Origin: Alphaproteobacteria bacterium
GTDB lineage: Bacteria > Pseudomonadota > Alphaproteobacteria > MPNO01
Direction of reading: 5' to 3'
Assembly: GCA_964291675.2 (NCBI GenBank)
Contig: OZ219865.1
Location: 576,001 to 640,000 of the forward strand
DNA length: 64,000 nt
Positions 36,697-46,524 of this stretch are shown in pieces. Made by a program: the position numbers and the translations under genes. Numbering within the stretch: the stretch's first letter is position 1; the number at the start of each line of letters is the position of its first letter. The notes beneath the pieces were generated by a model. That model had not been told where the DNA came from. It was given only the letters and a program-made list of their open reading frames with translations, and made no database searches.

Positions 36697-37581
36697 TCAG
36701 CCGGCGTCGCGGCGTTCGCGAATGCGTTCGAAATCGCGGTAGAGCAGCGAGAAATCGTCCTCCGACATGCCGAGGTCGAGCGCCGCCTGGAGAAAGCGGT
36801 GGGTGGCGCCCGATCAGGCCGCGTCCGCCCCGCTGGCCTCGGCCAGGCGCATGGCCATATCCCGATCCTTGCCGAGATTGTGGATCCGCGACCGGGCGTC
36901 CCAGCCGCCCGACAGGATGCGCCGGGGGAAGCGGAATTCGCTCGCATAGCTCCGGGCATCGGAGACGTTGAACACGGCGATCATGGCGTCCAGGCCGAGC
37001 CCCGCCCTCTCGCACAGCCTTCCGCCCTCGCAGGTCGCGAGGAACACGGTGTGGCAGACCATGTTGTGGACCAGCTTCATGGTGTGGCCGGCGCCGCTGT
37101 CGCCGAGATGGAAGACATTGGCGGCGATCGCATCGAGCAAATGCCGGGTCCGCTCGAAAGCGGTCCTGTCGCCGCCGACCATCAGCGTCAGCGTGCCCGC
37201 ATCGGCGCGCGAGGCGCCGCCGCTCATGCCGGCGTCGAGATAGGGAACGCCTCCCGCCGCCGCCCGTTCCGCCAGCCGCCGCGTGTCGTCGGGATACGAT
37301 GTCGTCAGGTCGTAGATCGCCGCTCCGTCCGTGGCTGCGGCGAGAAGCGGGCCGAGACCGGCCTCGATATCGGGGGTCGCCGGGACCGCGAAGAAGATCG
37401 TGGCACCCGCCACCGCCATCTCTTCGGGAGCAGCGAGGGCGACCTCTTCCGCGATGCGCCGGCGGGCGTCTTCGGAAATATCCCACCCCGCCGTCGCATG
37501 CCCGGCGCGGGCGAGGTTGCGGGCGATCCCGCCGCCCATGTTGCCGAGCCCGACGACGCCGACTTCGATCTCCGGTTGCAT
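36697..37581 (-). pseudogene. NAD(P)-dependent 3-hydroxyisobutyrate dehydrogenase-family gene with in-frame TGA at 36814-36816
   Basis: GLGNMGG, LDAGMSGG, KLVHN; the frame continues past the TGA as SGATHRFLQAALDLGMSEDDFSLLY, the usual family C-terminus. Confidence 0.7.
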
Positions 37582-37790
37582 GGCATTCCTTTCCGTCCCG
37601 AAACCGCGCGCCAGAAGGTCAACCCGTCTGCCGGTTCCCCGCCCCGCGGCCCATCGCAAGCCAGGCGAACCTGCCGGCCACCAGCACCGCGACGGGGACC
37701 GCGAATAGCGCGATGAAGGTCCCGAACACGGGCTTTGCCTGACGGGATAAACAGGGGAATATGGACCGACTGCAAGGGTGGAGGAACGGC

Positions 37791-38327
37791 ATGGACCCGC
37801 AGAGCATCTCGAAGCAGGACATGGAGCGCTGCGTCGCCCGGTTCTCCGAACTCCGGGGATCGGGCGAGGCCTATATCGACACCCGCCTCCCCGGTCACCG
37901 GCGGCTCAAGATCAACCTGATCGGCATGGGCGTCGTCGAAGCGTCCGACGATCCGGATCTCGCCCCCAACATCCCGCTGCCTGCGCACGGCTTCAACCTC
38001 GGCATGATCCAGGCGGAGCACGGCAACGGCGCCGCGCTGCACGCGCACGACACCGAGGAGGTCTTCATGCCGCTGGTCGGCCGCTGGGCCGTCACCTGGC
38101 TCGCCGACGGGGAAGAACGGGAGATCGAGCTCGACCCGTTCGACACGATCAGCGTGCCGATCGGCGTCTATCGCGGCTTCCGCTATGTCGGCGAGGGGAC
38201 GGGCACCCTGCTGACGCTGATCGGCGGGCCCGAGGCCGGCAAGGTCCACTGGCACCCGGATGTGGTCTCGGCGGCGGCGGAGACCGGGCTCTCGCGCGAC
38301 GAGGCGGGACTGCTGGAGACCGCCTGA
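37791..38327 (+). CDS. Cupin-domain protein
   Basis: GAALHAHDTEEVF and DTISVPIGVYRGF. Confidence 0.85.
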   Translation: MDPQSISKQDMERCVARFSELRGSGEAYIDTRLPGHRRLKINLIGMGVVEASDDPDLAPNIPLPAHGFNLGMIQAEHGNGAALHAHDTEEVFMPLVGRWAVTWLADGEEREIELDPFDTISVPIGVYRGFRYVGEGTGTLLTLIGGPEAGKVHWHPDVVSAAAETGLSRDEAGLLETA

Positions 38328-38333
38328 GCTCCG

Positions 38334-39218
38334 TCAGAACCGGTAGAACGCCGCCGGCGTGTCGACCATCACGGCGCGCCGCATCGCCTCGTCCCCCACC
38401 CAGTCGCCGAAGGCGTCGACGAGGTCGCCGTCATTGGGGTTGACTTCGTACTTGTTGGGGTGCGGCCAGTCGGTGCCCCACATGATGCGCCCCGGCGCGG
38501 CCTCGATCAGCGCCTCGGCCATCGGCTTCACGTCGTCATAGGGCGGCAGGTCGGTCTCGCTGACCCGGTTGGCGCCGGAGATCTTGATCCAGGTATTGCC
38601 CTCGCGCACCAGGTCGAGCAGCGCCCGGAACCCGTCCGCGGAGACGCCCGCGGTCGCCGGCTGGTAGGCGAAATGGGCGATCGACATGGGCACGGTGAGC
38701 GCCCTGAAGACCGGCATCAGGTTGAGAATGTCCTTGCCGGGAAACAGGAACTCGACATGCCATTCGAAGGGCGCGATGCGGGCGGCGAGCTCGGGTATCT
38801 GGTCGAGCCTGAGCGGCATGCCGCCCTTGTTGTCCATGTTGAGCCGGATGCCGCGCGCGCCGTCTGCGTCGAGCGCGGCCACCTCATCGTCGGTGAAATC
38901 CATGGTCAGCGCGACGACCGCGCGGGCGCGCCCGGGCGTCCGGTCGTTCAGCGACGCCACCCCGTCCATGATCGCCGAGTTGTCGACGCCGTAGACCGAG
39001 GGCTGGGTGAACACCACCCGGTCCACGCCGAGCGTTTCGTGCAGGTGCTCGAGATCGGCGAGCGTCGATTCGGGCGGGTTGTAGCCGCGCCCGGGCGACA
39101 GCTCGTAGCGGTCCTCGAAGACGTGGACATGGGTGTCGACCGCGCCCGCGGGCAGGGAGATTTTGGGCTTCCGCGGGCTGCGGTCGGGCGGCAGGCAGTT
39201 TCTTATTCCGGCGTTCAT
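38334..39218 (-). CDS. Amidohydrolase (LigI-like lactonase family)
   Basis: DTHVHVF, QPSVYGVDN, GARGIRLN, WIKISG, WGTDWPH. Confidence 0.88.
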   Translation of the reverse strand: MNAGIRNCLPPDRSPRKPKISLPAGAVDTHVHVFEDRYELSPGRGYNPPESTLADLEHLHETLGVDRVVFTQPSVYGVDNSAIMDGVASLNDRTPGRARAVVALTMDFTDDEVAALDADGARGIRLNMDNKGGMPLRLDQIPELAARIAPFEWHVEFLFPGKDILNLMPVFRALTVPMSIAHFAYQPATAGVSADGFRALLDLVREGNTWIKISGANRVSETDLPPYDDVKPMAEALIEAAPGRIMWGTDWPHPNKYEVNPNDGDLVDAFGDWVGDEAMRRAVMVDTPAAFYRF

Positions 39219-39235
39219 TTCGCTCCTCCGGCAGG

Positions 39236-39985
39236 TCAGCCGCGCCCGACGAAGGGCATCTTGGTCGCCATGATGGTCACGAACAGGACGTTCGATTCCA
39301 GCGGCAGCCCGGCGATATGGGCGATCATCTCGCCGCAATGATCGGGGTCCATCACCGCCTCCGCCATGATCTCGCCGTTGGCCTGGGGCACGCCGTGCTT
39401 CATGCGGCCCGCCATCGGGGTGTCGGCGTTGCCGATATCGATCTGGCTGCAGGCGATGTCGTGCTTGCGCCCGTCGAGCGCGATGCTCTTGGTCAGCCCG
39501 GTGACGGCGTGCTTGGTCGCGGTGTAGGCGACGGTGTCGGGGCGGGGCGCGTGCGCCGAGACCGAGCCGTTGTTGATGATCCGCCCGCCCTTCGGGGTCT
39601 GGCTCTTCATGATGGCGACGGCTTCGCGGGCGCAGAGGAAGGAGCCCGTCAGGTTCACGTCGACCACCCGCTTCCAGTCCTCGACCGGGAGGTCCTCCAT
39701 CGGGATTCGCGGCGCGCCCGTGCCGGCGTTGTTGAACAGCAGGTCGAGCCGCCCCATGGTCTCCCCGATCCTGGCGAACAGCGCCAGCACCTGGTCGGGA
39801 TCGGCCACGTCGGTCGGCACCACCAGCATTTCGCCGCCGGCCATCGCGGCGGTCTCCTCCAGCGGCTCCCTGCGGCGGCCGGCGAGCACCATGCGCCAGC
39901 CCGCCCTGTGCAGCGCAAGCACGGCCGCGCGCCCAATCCCGGTGCCGGCCCCCGTCACCACGGCGACCTTCGTTTCAGACTTCAT
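39236..39985 (-). CDS. Short-chain dehydrogenase/reductase
   Basis: [17 protein letters not shown]. Confidence 0.93.
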   Translation of the reverse strand: MKSETKVAVVTGAGTGIGRAAVLALHRAGWRMVLAGRRREPLEETAAMAGGEMLVVPTDVADPDQVLALFARIGETMGRLDLLFNNAGTGAPRIPMEDLPVEDWKRVVDVNLTGSFLCAREAVAIMKSQTPKGGRIINNGSVSAHAPRPDTVAYTATKHAVTGLTKSIALDGRKHDIACSQIDIGNADTPMAGRMKHGVPQANGEIMAEAVMDPDHCGEMIAHIAGLPLESNVLFVTIMATKMPFVGRG

Positions 39986-40109
39986 TTCGGGTCATCCCGG
40001 GTTTCGTCCCCACGCGATGGGTGGATCGGCCGACAAGCGCCGAATCGGAGGGGAGACCGTATAGCGGAACCCCGGCGCGCGTCCAAGGCCGCGGCATCGG
40101 GGCCACCTG

Positions 40110-41576
40110 TCAGAAGATGCGAAAATACTCGCGCTGCTCCCAGTCGGTGACGTCCGACAGGAAGCGGGCGATCTCGGCCTCCTTGATCATGCAGATATAG
40201 TCGACGAAGGGCGCGCCGAGCGCCGCCTCGAAGGCCCGGTCCGCGCGCAGCGCCGCCACCGCCTCGATCAGGCTTTTGGGCAAAGGCGGCGCGTCGGCGT
40301 CGTAGGGCGTCTCGGTCGCCGCTCCGGGATCGGCCTGCCGGTCGATTCCGTCGAGGCCGGAGACGATCTGCGAGGCGAGGTAGAGATAGGGGTTGGCGGC
40401 CGGCTCGCCGGCGCGGTTCTCGATTCTGGTGCCGGGCTCCCCCGCCCCGCCGACGATGCGCAGCATGGCGCCCCGGTTGTCGCGCGACCAGGCGGCGCGG
40501 TCGGGGGCCAGCGAGAACGCCCTAAAACGCTTGTAGCCGTTGATCGTCGGTGTGGTGAACACCGATGCGGCGCGCGCATGCTCCAGTATGCCGGCGGCGA
40601 AGCGGCGGCCGAGCGCGGACAGCAGCGCTTCCTCGCCGTCCTCCTCCCCGGGCATGAACAGCTTGCGTCCCGTCCCGCGCTCGCCGAGCGACTGGTGCAG
40701 GTGCCAGCCGCTCGCGAAGACGTTCTCTATCTGCGGCCGGCACATGAAGGTTGCGTGATAGCCGTGGCGCGCGCAGACCTGCTTGACCGCGTTGCGGAAC
40801 AGGATCATCGCGTCGGCGGATTCGAGCCCGCCGCGCGGCTGGAACGTCACCTCGACCTGGCTCGGCCCGAACTCGACCTCGAGCGAGCGGAGCGGCAGGT
40901 CGAGCGCCACCAGCGCGCGTCTCAGCACCGCGAGGATCGGGTCGAGCTCGTCGAGCCGGATCTCGGTCAGATACTGGTAGCCGTGGGTGAGCAGCGAGAC
41001 CTCGGGCGGTGCGGCCGGCTGGCCGGCGCCTTGCGCCTCCATCCTCGGGTCTTCGAGGCGGAAGATGTGGAACTCGACCTCGATGCCGGCGACATAGTCC
41101 CAGCCCCGCTCGGCGACACGGGCCAGCATGGCGCGGCACACATCGCGCGTGGAGTACGGAATCGCTCGCCCGTCCGGCCAGCGGATGTCGCACAGCACCC
41201 AGCCGGTCGCCGGTGCCCAGGGCAGCACGCGGAAGGTCCGAGGGTCGGCGACCATCAGGAAATCCGCGGCGCCGGTAAGCTCGGGCGCGTCGATCCCGGC
41301 GCCGGGGCGGAACACCGGCGGCACGGTCTTGTGCGCGGTGTCCTTGACCAGCAGCGTCGAGGTCATCGACACGCCGCCCGCGAGCGCGGCCGCAGCCTCG
41401 CCCGCCGTCACCGCCTTGCCGCGCAGGATTCCGTGCTGGTCGGGGAAGGAGAAGCGGACGATTTCGATGCCGTCGGCCTCGATGCGGCGCAGCATCTCGG
41501 TCGCCGCCTCGCGTGCGGCATCGTCCCACAGCCCGTGGCGTTCGACGAAGCCGGCCCGGCCGCTCGATCCCGTCAC
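40110..41576 (-). CDS. Glutamine synthetase-like gamma-glutamyl ligase
   Basis: DQHGILRGK, GIEVEF, EFGPSQ.E, SGWHLHQS, DNRGAMLR, ENRAGEPAANPY; GTG start overlapping the Rieske stop. Confidence 0.88.
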   Translation of the reverse strand: MTGSSGRAGFVERHGLWDDAAREAATEMLRRIEADGIEIVRFSFPDQHGILRGKAVTAGEAAAALAGGVSMTSTLLVKDTAHKTVPPVFRPGAGIDAPELTGAADFLMVADPRTFRVLPWAPATGWVLCDIRWPDGRAIPYSTRDVCRAMLARVAERGWDYVAGIEVEFHIFRLEDPRMEAQGAGQPAAPPEVSLLTHGYQYLTEIRLDELDPILAVLRRALVALDLPLRSLEVEFGPSQVEVTFQPRGGLESADAMILFRNAVKQVCARHGYHATFMCRPQIENVFASGWHLHQSLGERGTGRKLFMPGEEDGEEALLSALGRRFAAGILEHARAASVFTTPTINGYKRFRAFSLAPDRAAWSRDNRGAMLRIVGGAGEPGTRIENRAGEPAANPYLYLASQIVSGLDGIDRQADPGAATETPYDADAPPLPKSLIEAVAALRADRAFEAALGAPFVDYICMIKEAEIARFLSDVTDWEQREYFRIF

Positions 41577-42871
41577 GGCGCGGCCCAGCCCGAGCGCGCG
41601 CGGCGCGCGGCATCGTGGCTGCGCCAGGTTTCGTCCCACCCTAGGCGGGGCGCCACCGTGTCGACGGCGAGCGGCGCCTCGCCCGGCCCGTCGCCCCGCA
41701 TCGGCGCCTCGGCGCCGCCGGCGACCGCCTCGATCGCGCCGATCAGCCGCCTGCGGTAGTGGATGATCGCCCGGTCGGACACGCCCAGATGCTCGGCGGT
41801 GCGGTCGTGGATCGGCCCCGGCGACTCGACCGCCCACTGGTCGTGCACGTTGATGTCGTCGCCCATGCCGGTATAGGTCCCGCGCACCTGCTCGGACGCA
41901 TCGAAGCCGTAGTCGTTGGCCTTGTTCAGCCGCGGCCGGTAGTCCGGCAGGGTATAGAGCTTGAGCCGCTGGTCGCGCATCGCCCGCTTGTCGAGCGTGT
42001 CTGCATAGCTGGTGAACATGGCGTACCACCAGCAATGGGTGTCGTCGATCGGCACGTGCCACTGGCTGATGATCATGTCGTTGCCGAGCGGGATGACGAT
42101 GGCGTTGGGGAAGAGAAGGTTGGTGATGCGCACGTGCCTGCTCGCCGCGTCGAGGTCGCGGAGCGCCGTCAGCCGCATGCCGTAGCCGGTGTCCTCGATC
42201 AGGATCTCGGGACAGGGAAACTCGCGCATGATCCAGGTGAGCGGGCGGTTCGCGCCGTCCACCCGGTCGCGGAACTGGAGGCCGTAGCCCTCCTCGGGGT
42301 CCTCGTCCTCGAAGAAGCGGTGCAGGAAGGAGCCATGCGCCGGGTCGATCCCGACTTCCAGCGCCTGCAGCCAATTGCATTCGAGATAGCCCTTGAAGGC
42401 GAAGGTGAACGCATCCGGCGCGGCGAAGCAGTCGAAATCCGGCAGCGGCGGCGGCTCGCCCGGGCCGAGCCAGGCGAAGACCACGCCGTTGCGCTCGACG
42501 CAGGGATAGCCCGGCATTCGGATCTTGGTGTGGAAGTTGCTGCCCTCGGGCTCCGCCGGCTGTTCGAGGCAGCGTCCCCTGCCGTCGAACAGCCAGCCGT
42601 GGAACGGGCAGCGCAGGCCGCCATTCTCCAGCCGGCCGAAACGCAGATCCGCCCCGCGATGGGGGCAGCGCCGGGCGGTCAGCCGGGGTTCGCCGTCATC
42701 GGCGCGGAACAGCACCAGGTCCTCGCCCATCAGCCGGACCGGCGCGAGCGGGCGGTCTGTGGCCAGCTCCTCGGCGAGCGCGGCGGGCTGCCAGTAGCGG
42801 CGCATCAGCGCTCCGCCCGGACTCCCCGCCCCGGTCTCGGTCACCAGCGCGTTCTGCTCGGCGCTCAGCAT
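41573..42871 (-). CDS. Rieske non-heme iron oxygenase alpha subunit (phthalate dioxygenase-like)
   Basis: CPHRGA...CPFHGW; E.GIDPAHGSFLH; D...VES; EHLG.SD. Confidence 0.92.
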   Translation of the reverse strand: MLSAEQNALVTETGAGSPGGALMRRYWQPAALAEELATDRPLAPVRLMGEDLVLFRADDGEPRLTARRCPHRGADLRFGRLENGGLRCPFHGWLFDGRGRCLEQPAEPEGSNFHTKIRMPGYPCVERNGVVFAWLGPGEPPPLPDFDCFAAPDAFTFAFKGYLECNWLQALEVGIDPAHGSFLHRFFEDEDPEEGYGLQFRDRVDGANRPLTWIMREFPCPEILIEDTGYGMRLTALRDLDAASRHVRITNLLFPNAIVIPLGNDMIISQWHVPIDDTHCWWYAMFTSYADTLDKRAMRDQRLKLYTLPDYRPRLNKANDYGFDASEQVRGTYTGMGDDINVHDQWAVESPGPIHDRTAEHLGVSDRAIIHYRRRLIGAIEAVAGGAEAPMRGDGPGEAPLAVDTVAPRLGWDETWRSHDAARRARSGWAAP

Positions 42872-42950
42872 GCCCCGGTTTTAGCACAGAGCGGGCCGTC
42901 CCTCGATACGCCCCCCGCGCCCTCGCCACGGCATGGCCGGCCCCCACGCC

Positions 42951-43073
42951 GTCATGGCCGGCCCCGGATCGAGTCCGGGGGTGATCCGGCCATCCATGCG
43001 GCCCCTCCGCCTGCGAGGCGGCTGGGCGGAAGGGGCGGCGCCAGTGGATACCCGGAATAAGTCCGGGCATGAC
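42951..43073. repeat. REP/RPE-like palindromic element
   Basis: GTCATGGCCGG...CCGGCCATCCA ... TGGATACCCGGAATAAGTCCGGGCATGAC. Confidence 0.8.
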
Positions 43074-43114
43074 GAGGGGGGCGGGCGGCGGGCGCCGCGG
43101 GGCTCGCGCCGCAG

Positions 43115-43399
43115 CTACTCGGCCGGGGCTTCTTCGGCTGCCGCTCCGGTGCGATCGAGGATGAATCTTTCCACCAGGCCAAGCCTGCCCTTCACCTCGG
43201 ACAGACCCTCTTCGACCGAGCGCAGCCGCGCGCCGATGCCGTCGAAACGATCGTCGAAGCGCTTCTCGATGCCGTCGAGGCGCTTCTCGTTGGCGTCGAA
43301 CCGCTTCTCCATATCCCGGCGCAGCGATCCGTTCAGCGTGACGATCAGCGCGGCGAGCGCCGCGCCCACGCCCAGCATGGTGATCTGCATCGGGTCCAT
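43115..43399 (-). CDS. Small protein: N-terminal TM helix plus coiled coil
   Basis: ITMLGVGAALAALIVTL followed by heptad-like EKRFDANEKRLDGIEKRFDDRFD. Confidence 0.7.
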   Translation of the reverse strand: MDPMQITMLGVGAALAALIVTLNGSLRRDMEKRFDANEKRLDGIEKRFDDRFDGIGARLRSVEEGLSEVKGRLGLVERFILDRTGAAAEEAPAE

Positions 43400-43517
43400 T
43401 GCGCGAACTCCCGCACACGCGCGCCATGCCTTTTCGTCAAGGCCCGGCACAGGTTAGCAAACCGCGCGAAATTCTTCTACGCCGCCGCGACCGGGGGTTG
43501 AGCCGGGGGCTCGCGCA

Positions 43518-43630
43518 TCATGGCCGGACTCGATCCGGCCATCCATACGGCGCCTCCACCTGCGAGGCGGCCGGCGGGGAGGGGCGGCGGCGCCAGCGGA
43601 TGCCCGGAACACCTTCAGACTCGATCCGGA
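43518..43630. repeat. REP/RPE-like element, direct copy of 42951-43073
   Basis: TCATGGCCGGACTCGATCCGGCCATCCA and shared inner CCTGCGAGGCGG...GGCGCCAG.GGAT.CCCGGAA. Confidence 0.75.
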
Positions 43631-43715
43631 GCGTATCGAAGGGCGGGGCCGTCTTCTCTCGCCGCCTGCGAGCCGCTATACCACGCGCGGTTCAAGCCGG
43701 AGCGGGGAGCCGGAC

Positions 43716-44708
43716 ATGCGCGCGGTGGTCATCAGCGATACATCCAACCGGACGATCGGGATCGAGGAGGTCCCGGACCCCTCGCCCGCGGACGACGAGG
43801 TGGTGGTCGACGTAAGAGTCTGCGGCATCAACTTCACCGACCTGCTCTCGCTCGACGGCAAGTACCAGAACAACCCGCCGCCGCCCTTCACCCCGGGCAA
43901 GGATGCGGCCGGGGTGGTGTCCGCCCTCGGCGCCGGCGTCTCGGGGCTGAAGCAGGGCGACCGGGTGATCGCCCATGTGGTGCATGGCGGGCTCGCCGAG
44001 AAGGTCGCCTGCCCGGAGGCGCTGTGCTTCCCGCTGCCCGACGGGGTCGCGTTCGACGCCGCCGCCGCGATGGGGCTCGCCTACCAGACCGCCTACCACG
44101 CGCTGACCACGCGCGGGCGGCTGCAAGAGGGCGAGATCGTGCTGATCAACGGCGCCTCGGGCGGGGTCGGCATGGCGGCGGTCAACCTCGCCAGGCCGCT
44201 CGGCGCGGGGACGGTGCTGGCCGGCCTCTCCTCGCCCGCCAAGGCGGATGCGGTGCGCGCGGCCGGCGCCGACGCGGCGATCGACCTCACCCGGGAGAAT
44301 TTGCGCGAGTCGCTCCGCGCCCAGGTCTTCGAGGCGACCGGCAGGCGGCAGGCGGACCTCGTCTTCGACCTGGTGGGCGGGGAGGTGTTCGATGCCGCGC
44401 TCCGCGCCATCGGCGACGAGGGGCGCGCGGTGGTGGCCGGATTCACCTCCGGCGCCATCCCGCAAATCCGCACCAACTACCTGCTGCTGAAGAACATCGG
44501 CGTGCTGGGGATGACCATCAACAGCTACATCCACCGGCGCTCGCCCATTCTGGCGCAGGCGCAGTCCGCGCTGTTCGACCTCCTGCTCGCCGGCAGGATC
44601 GACCCCAACATCATGGCGCGCTACCCGTTCGAGCGCTACATGGACGCGATCGGGCTGCTGGAGGACCGCAAGGTCGTCGGCAAGGCGGTGCTGGAGATCG
44701 CCGCCTAG
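43716..44708 (+). CDS. NADPH:quinone oxidoreductase (MDR family)
   Basis: GINFTD, PFTPG, GASGGVG, LLLKNI. Confidence 0.9.
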   Translation: MRAVVISDTSNRTIGIEEVPDPSPADDEVVVDVRVCGINFTDLLSLDGKYQNNPPPPFTPGKDAAGVVSALGAGVSGLKQGDRVIAHVVHGGLAEKVACPEALCFPLPDGVAFDAAAAMGLAYQTAYHALTTRGRLQEGEIVLINGASGGVGMAAVNLARPLGAGTVLAGLSSPAKADAVRAAGADAAIDLTRENLRESLRAQVFEATGRRQADLVFDLVGGEVFDAALRAIGDEGRAVVAGFTSGAIPQIRTNYLLLKNIGVLGMTINSYIHRRSPILAQAQSALFDLLLAGRIDPNIMARYPFERYMDAIGLLEDRKVVGKAVLEIAA

Positions 44709-44756
44709 CGGACGGAGAGGCCGCACGGCGGGTCGGCTGGATCCGAGGAGGCAGGC

Positions 44757-45146
44757 ATGCACTACGTGGCCGTCATCGACAAGGACCCGGACAGCGCCTA
44801 CAGGATCCAGTTCCCCGAGGCGCCGGGATGCTATTCGGCCGCCGACTGCTTCGAGGACATCGTCCCCAAGGCGATCGAGGCGTTGAGCCTGTTCTTCGAG
44901 GACGGCGAGCCGGTGCCGCCGCGCGGCATCGAAGCGGTGCGCGACGAATGCGCCGCGAACATCGCGGACGGCGCCGTCCTCATGATGATTCCCTATGTCC
45001 GGGATCGGAGAAGCGCGGTGCGGGTGAATTTGCGTCTGGAGAAGGGGTTTCTGGACACTCTGGACGAGGCGGCGCGGATGCGGGGGATGACGCGCTCGGC
45101 GTTCGTCCAGAAGGCCGCGATGCGGGACATCGTCGACCCGGCCTGA
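44757..45146 (+). CDS. hicB: HicB-family antitoxin (C-terminal RHH)
   Basis: FPEAPGCYSA, A.EAL, RVNL.L...LD..A...GMTRSAF. Confidence 0.85.
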   Translation: MHYVAVIDKDPDSAYRIQFPEAPGCYSAADCFEDIVPKAIEALSLFFEDGEPVPPRGIEAVRDECAANIADGAVLMMIPYVRDRRSAVRVNLRLEKGFLDTLDEAARMRGMTRSAFVQKAAMRDIVDPA

Positions 45147-45166
45147 CGCACCGGGGTGGCGGCGCG

Positions 45167-46516
45167 TCAGGCCGGCGCTTCGGCAGCCTCGGCGACGGTG
45201 GCGGCGGCGGGGAGCTCCACGACGCTGCGGCAGAGCGTGATCAGCCGTTCGGTGCGGTCGGTGCCGAGCACCGGGTCCGCGAGCGTGTGCACCTTGGCAT
45301 CGAGATCGGCGTCGGTCATCGGGTTCTCCAGGCTGCCATAGGCGTGCTCGACGAAGGTCTCGAAGGTCCGCCCGTCATGGCTCTCGATCCGCACCCGCGC
45401 CTGGTCGCGTTCGAGACCGTCGTCGGGGCGCGCCTCGACGCGCGCGCGCAGCGCCACCGTATCGTCCCGCCCGATCGCCTGTTCGGTGAGCTCCGCGATC
45501 CCCGCCGCGCCGTGGACGATCCCGGTGGCGCAGACATGCTGGATCGAGAGCCGCGCCTCCAGCGCGGTCGTGGGCTCCGGGTTGTCGGTCAGCATCAGCG
45601 CGATCGGGTTGACCGCGACCTCGATGCGCGCGATCTCGTCGGCGGCGAGCCCGTGCGCGCGGCGCAGCCTTATGCAGCCGTCGATCGCCGGGTGCGCGAC
45701 GATCCCGGTGGCGAACGGCTTGTAGGTGTTCTCCAACGTCTCCCAGCGCTCGCCGAGGGCGTCGGTCATTTGCGCCCAGTCGTGGCGGCGCGACAGCACC
45801 TTGGCGAAGCCCGCCTCGGCCTCGATCCCGGCATCCGAGCTCACCAGCCCCTCGCGCGCGAACAGCGCCGAGGCGAGGCCGTTCTGGGCGGCGCGCCCGG
45901 CATGCAGGATACGCGCCATGCCGCCGAACATCTCGCGCAGCCCGGCGGCCTGGGTCGCCGCCGCGCTCAGCGCCCAGCGCGTCCCCTGCTCGTCGAGCCC
46001 GAGCAGCTTCGAGCACGCCGCCGCCGCGCCGATCACCCCGCAGGTGCCGGTGATGTGCCAGCCGTGGCGGTAATGGTCGGGCGAGATGCCGTTGCCGATC
46101 TTGCAGGCGACTTCGATGCCGATCACCAGCGCGTGCAGGAAGGCCGCGCCCGACACCGGCATGTGCTGCGACAGCGCGAGCACCGCCGGCGCAATCGGGC
46201 TTGCCGGGTGGATCACCGTCCTGAGATGGGTGTCGTCGAAGTCGAGAACCGCGCCGCTCGCCCCGTTGAGCAGGCAGGCGGTGAGCGGGTCGGTACGCCG
46301 GGCGCTGCCCAGCACGGTGGCCTCCGGGCCGCCGGCGAACGGCCCGACGGCACGCCAGATCGTGCCCAGCGCGTCGTGCGATGCGCCGCCGACGCAGCCG
46401 CCCACCCAGTTGACCAGAGTCCGCGCGGCCTCCCGCCGGACCGCCCGCGGCAGGTCCTCGAAACGCGCGCCGACGACGAACTCGGCGAGGATGGCGGTGA
46501 CCGGCGGACGCAGCAC
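45167..46516 (-). CDS. MmgE/PrpD family protein (start uncertain)
   Basis: LDFDDTH...HP, GWH.TGT.G, YKPFATG..AHP, GSLENPM. Confidence 0.85.
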   Translation of the reverse strand: MLRPPVTAILAEFVVGARFEDLPRAVRREAARTLVNWVGGCVGGASHDALGTIWRAVGPFAGGPEATVLGSARRTDPLTACLLNGASGAVLDFDDTHLRTVIHPASPIAPAVLALSQHMPVSGAAFLHALVIGIEVACKIGNGISPDHYRHGWHITGTCGVIGAAAACSKLLGLDEQGTRWALSAAATQAAGLREMFGGMARILHAGRAAQNGLASALFAREGLVSSDAGIEAEAGFAKVLSRRHDWAQMTDALGERWETLENTYKPFATGIVAHPAIDGCIRLRRAHGLAADEIARIEVAVNPIALMLTDNPEPTTALEARLSIQHVCATGIVHGAAGIAELTEQAIGRDDTVALRARVEARPDDGLERDQARVRIESHDGRTFETFVEHAYGSLENPMTDADLDAKVHTLADPVLGTDRTERLITLCRSVVELPAAATVAEAAEAPA

Positions 46517-46524
46517 GAACGGGC

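Noticed and set aside
37619-37822. 67-aa minus ORF with a hydrophobic stretch
   Set aside because: It overlaps the cupin start and has no clear RBS. It may be a membrane-gene remnant, but I cannot support that.
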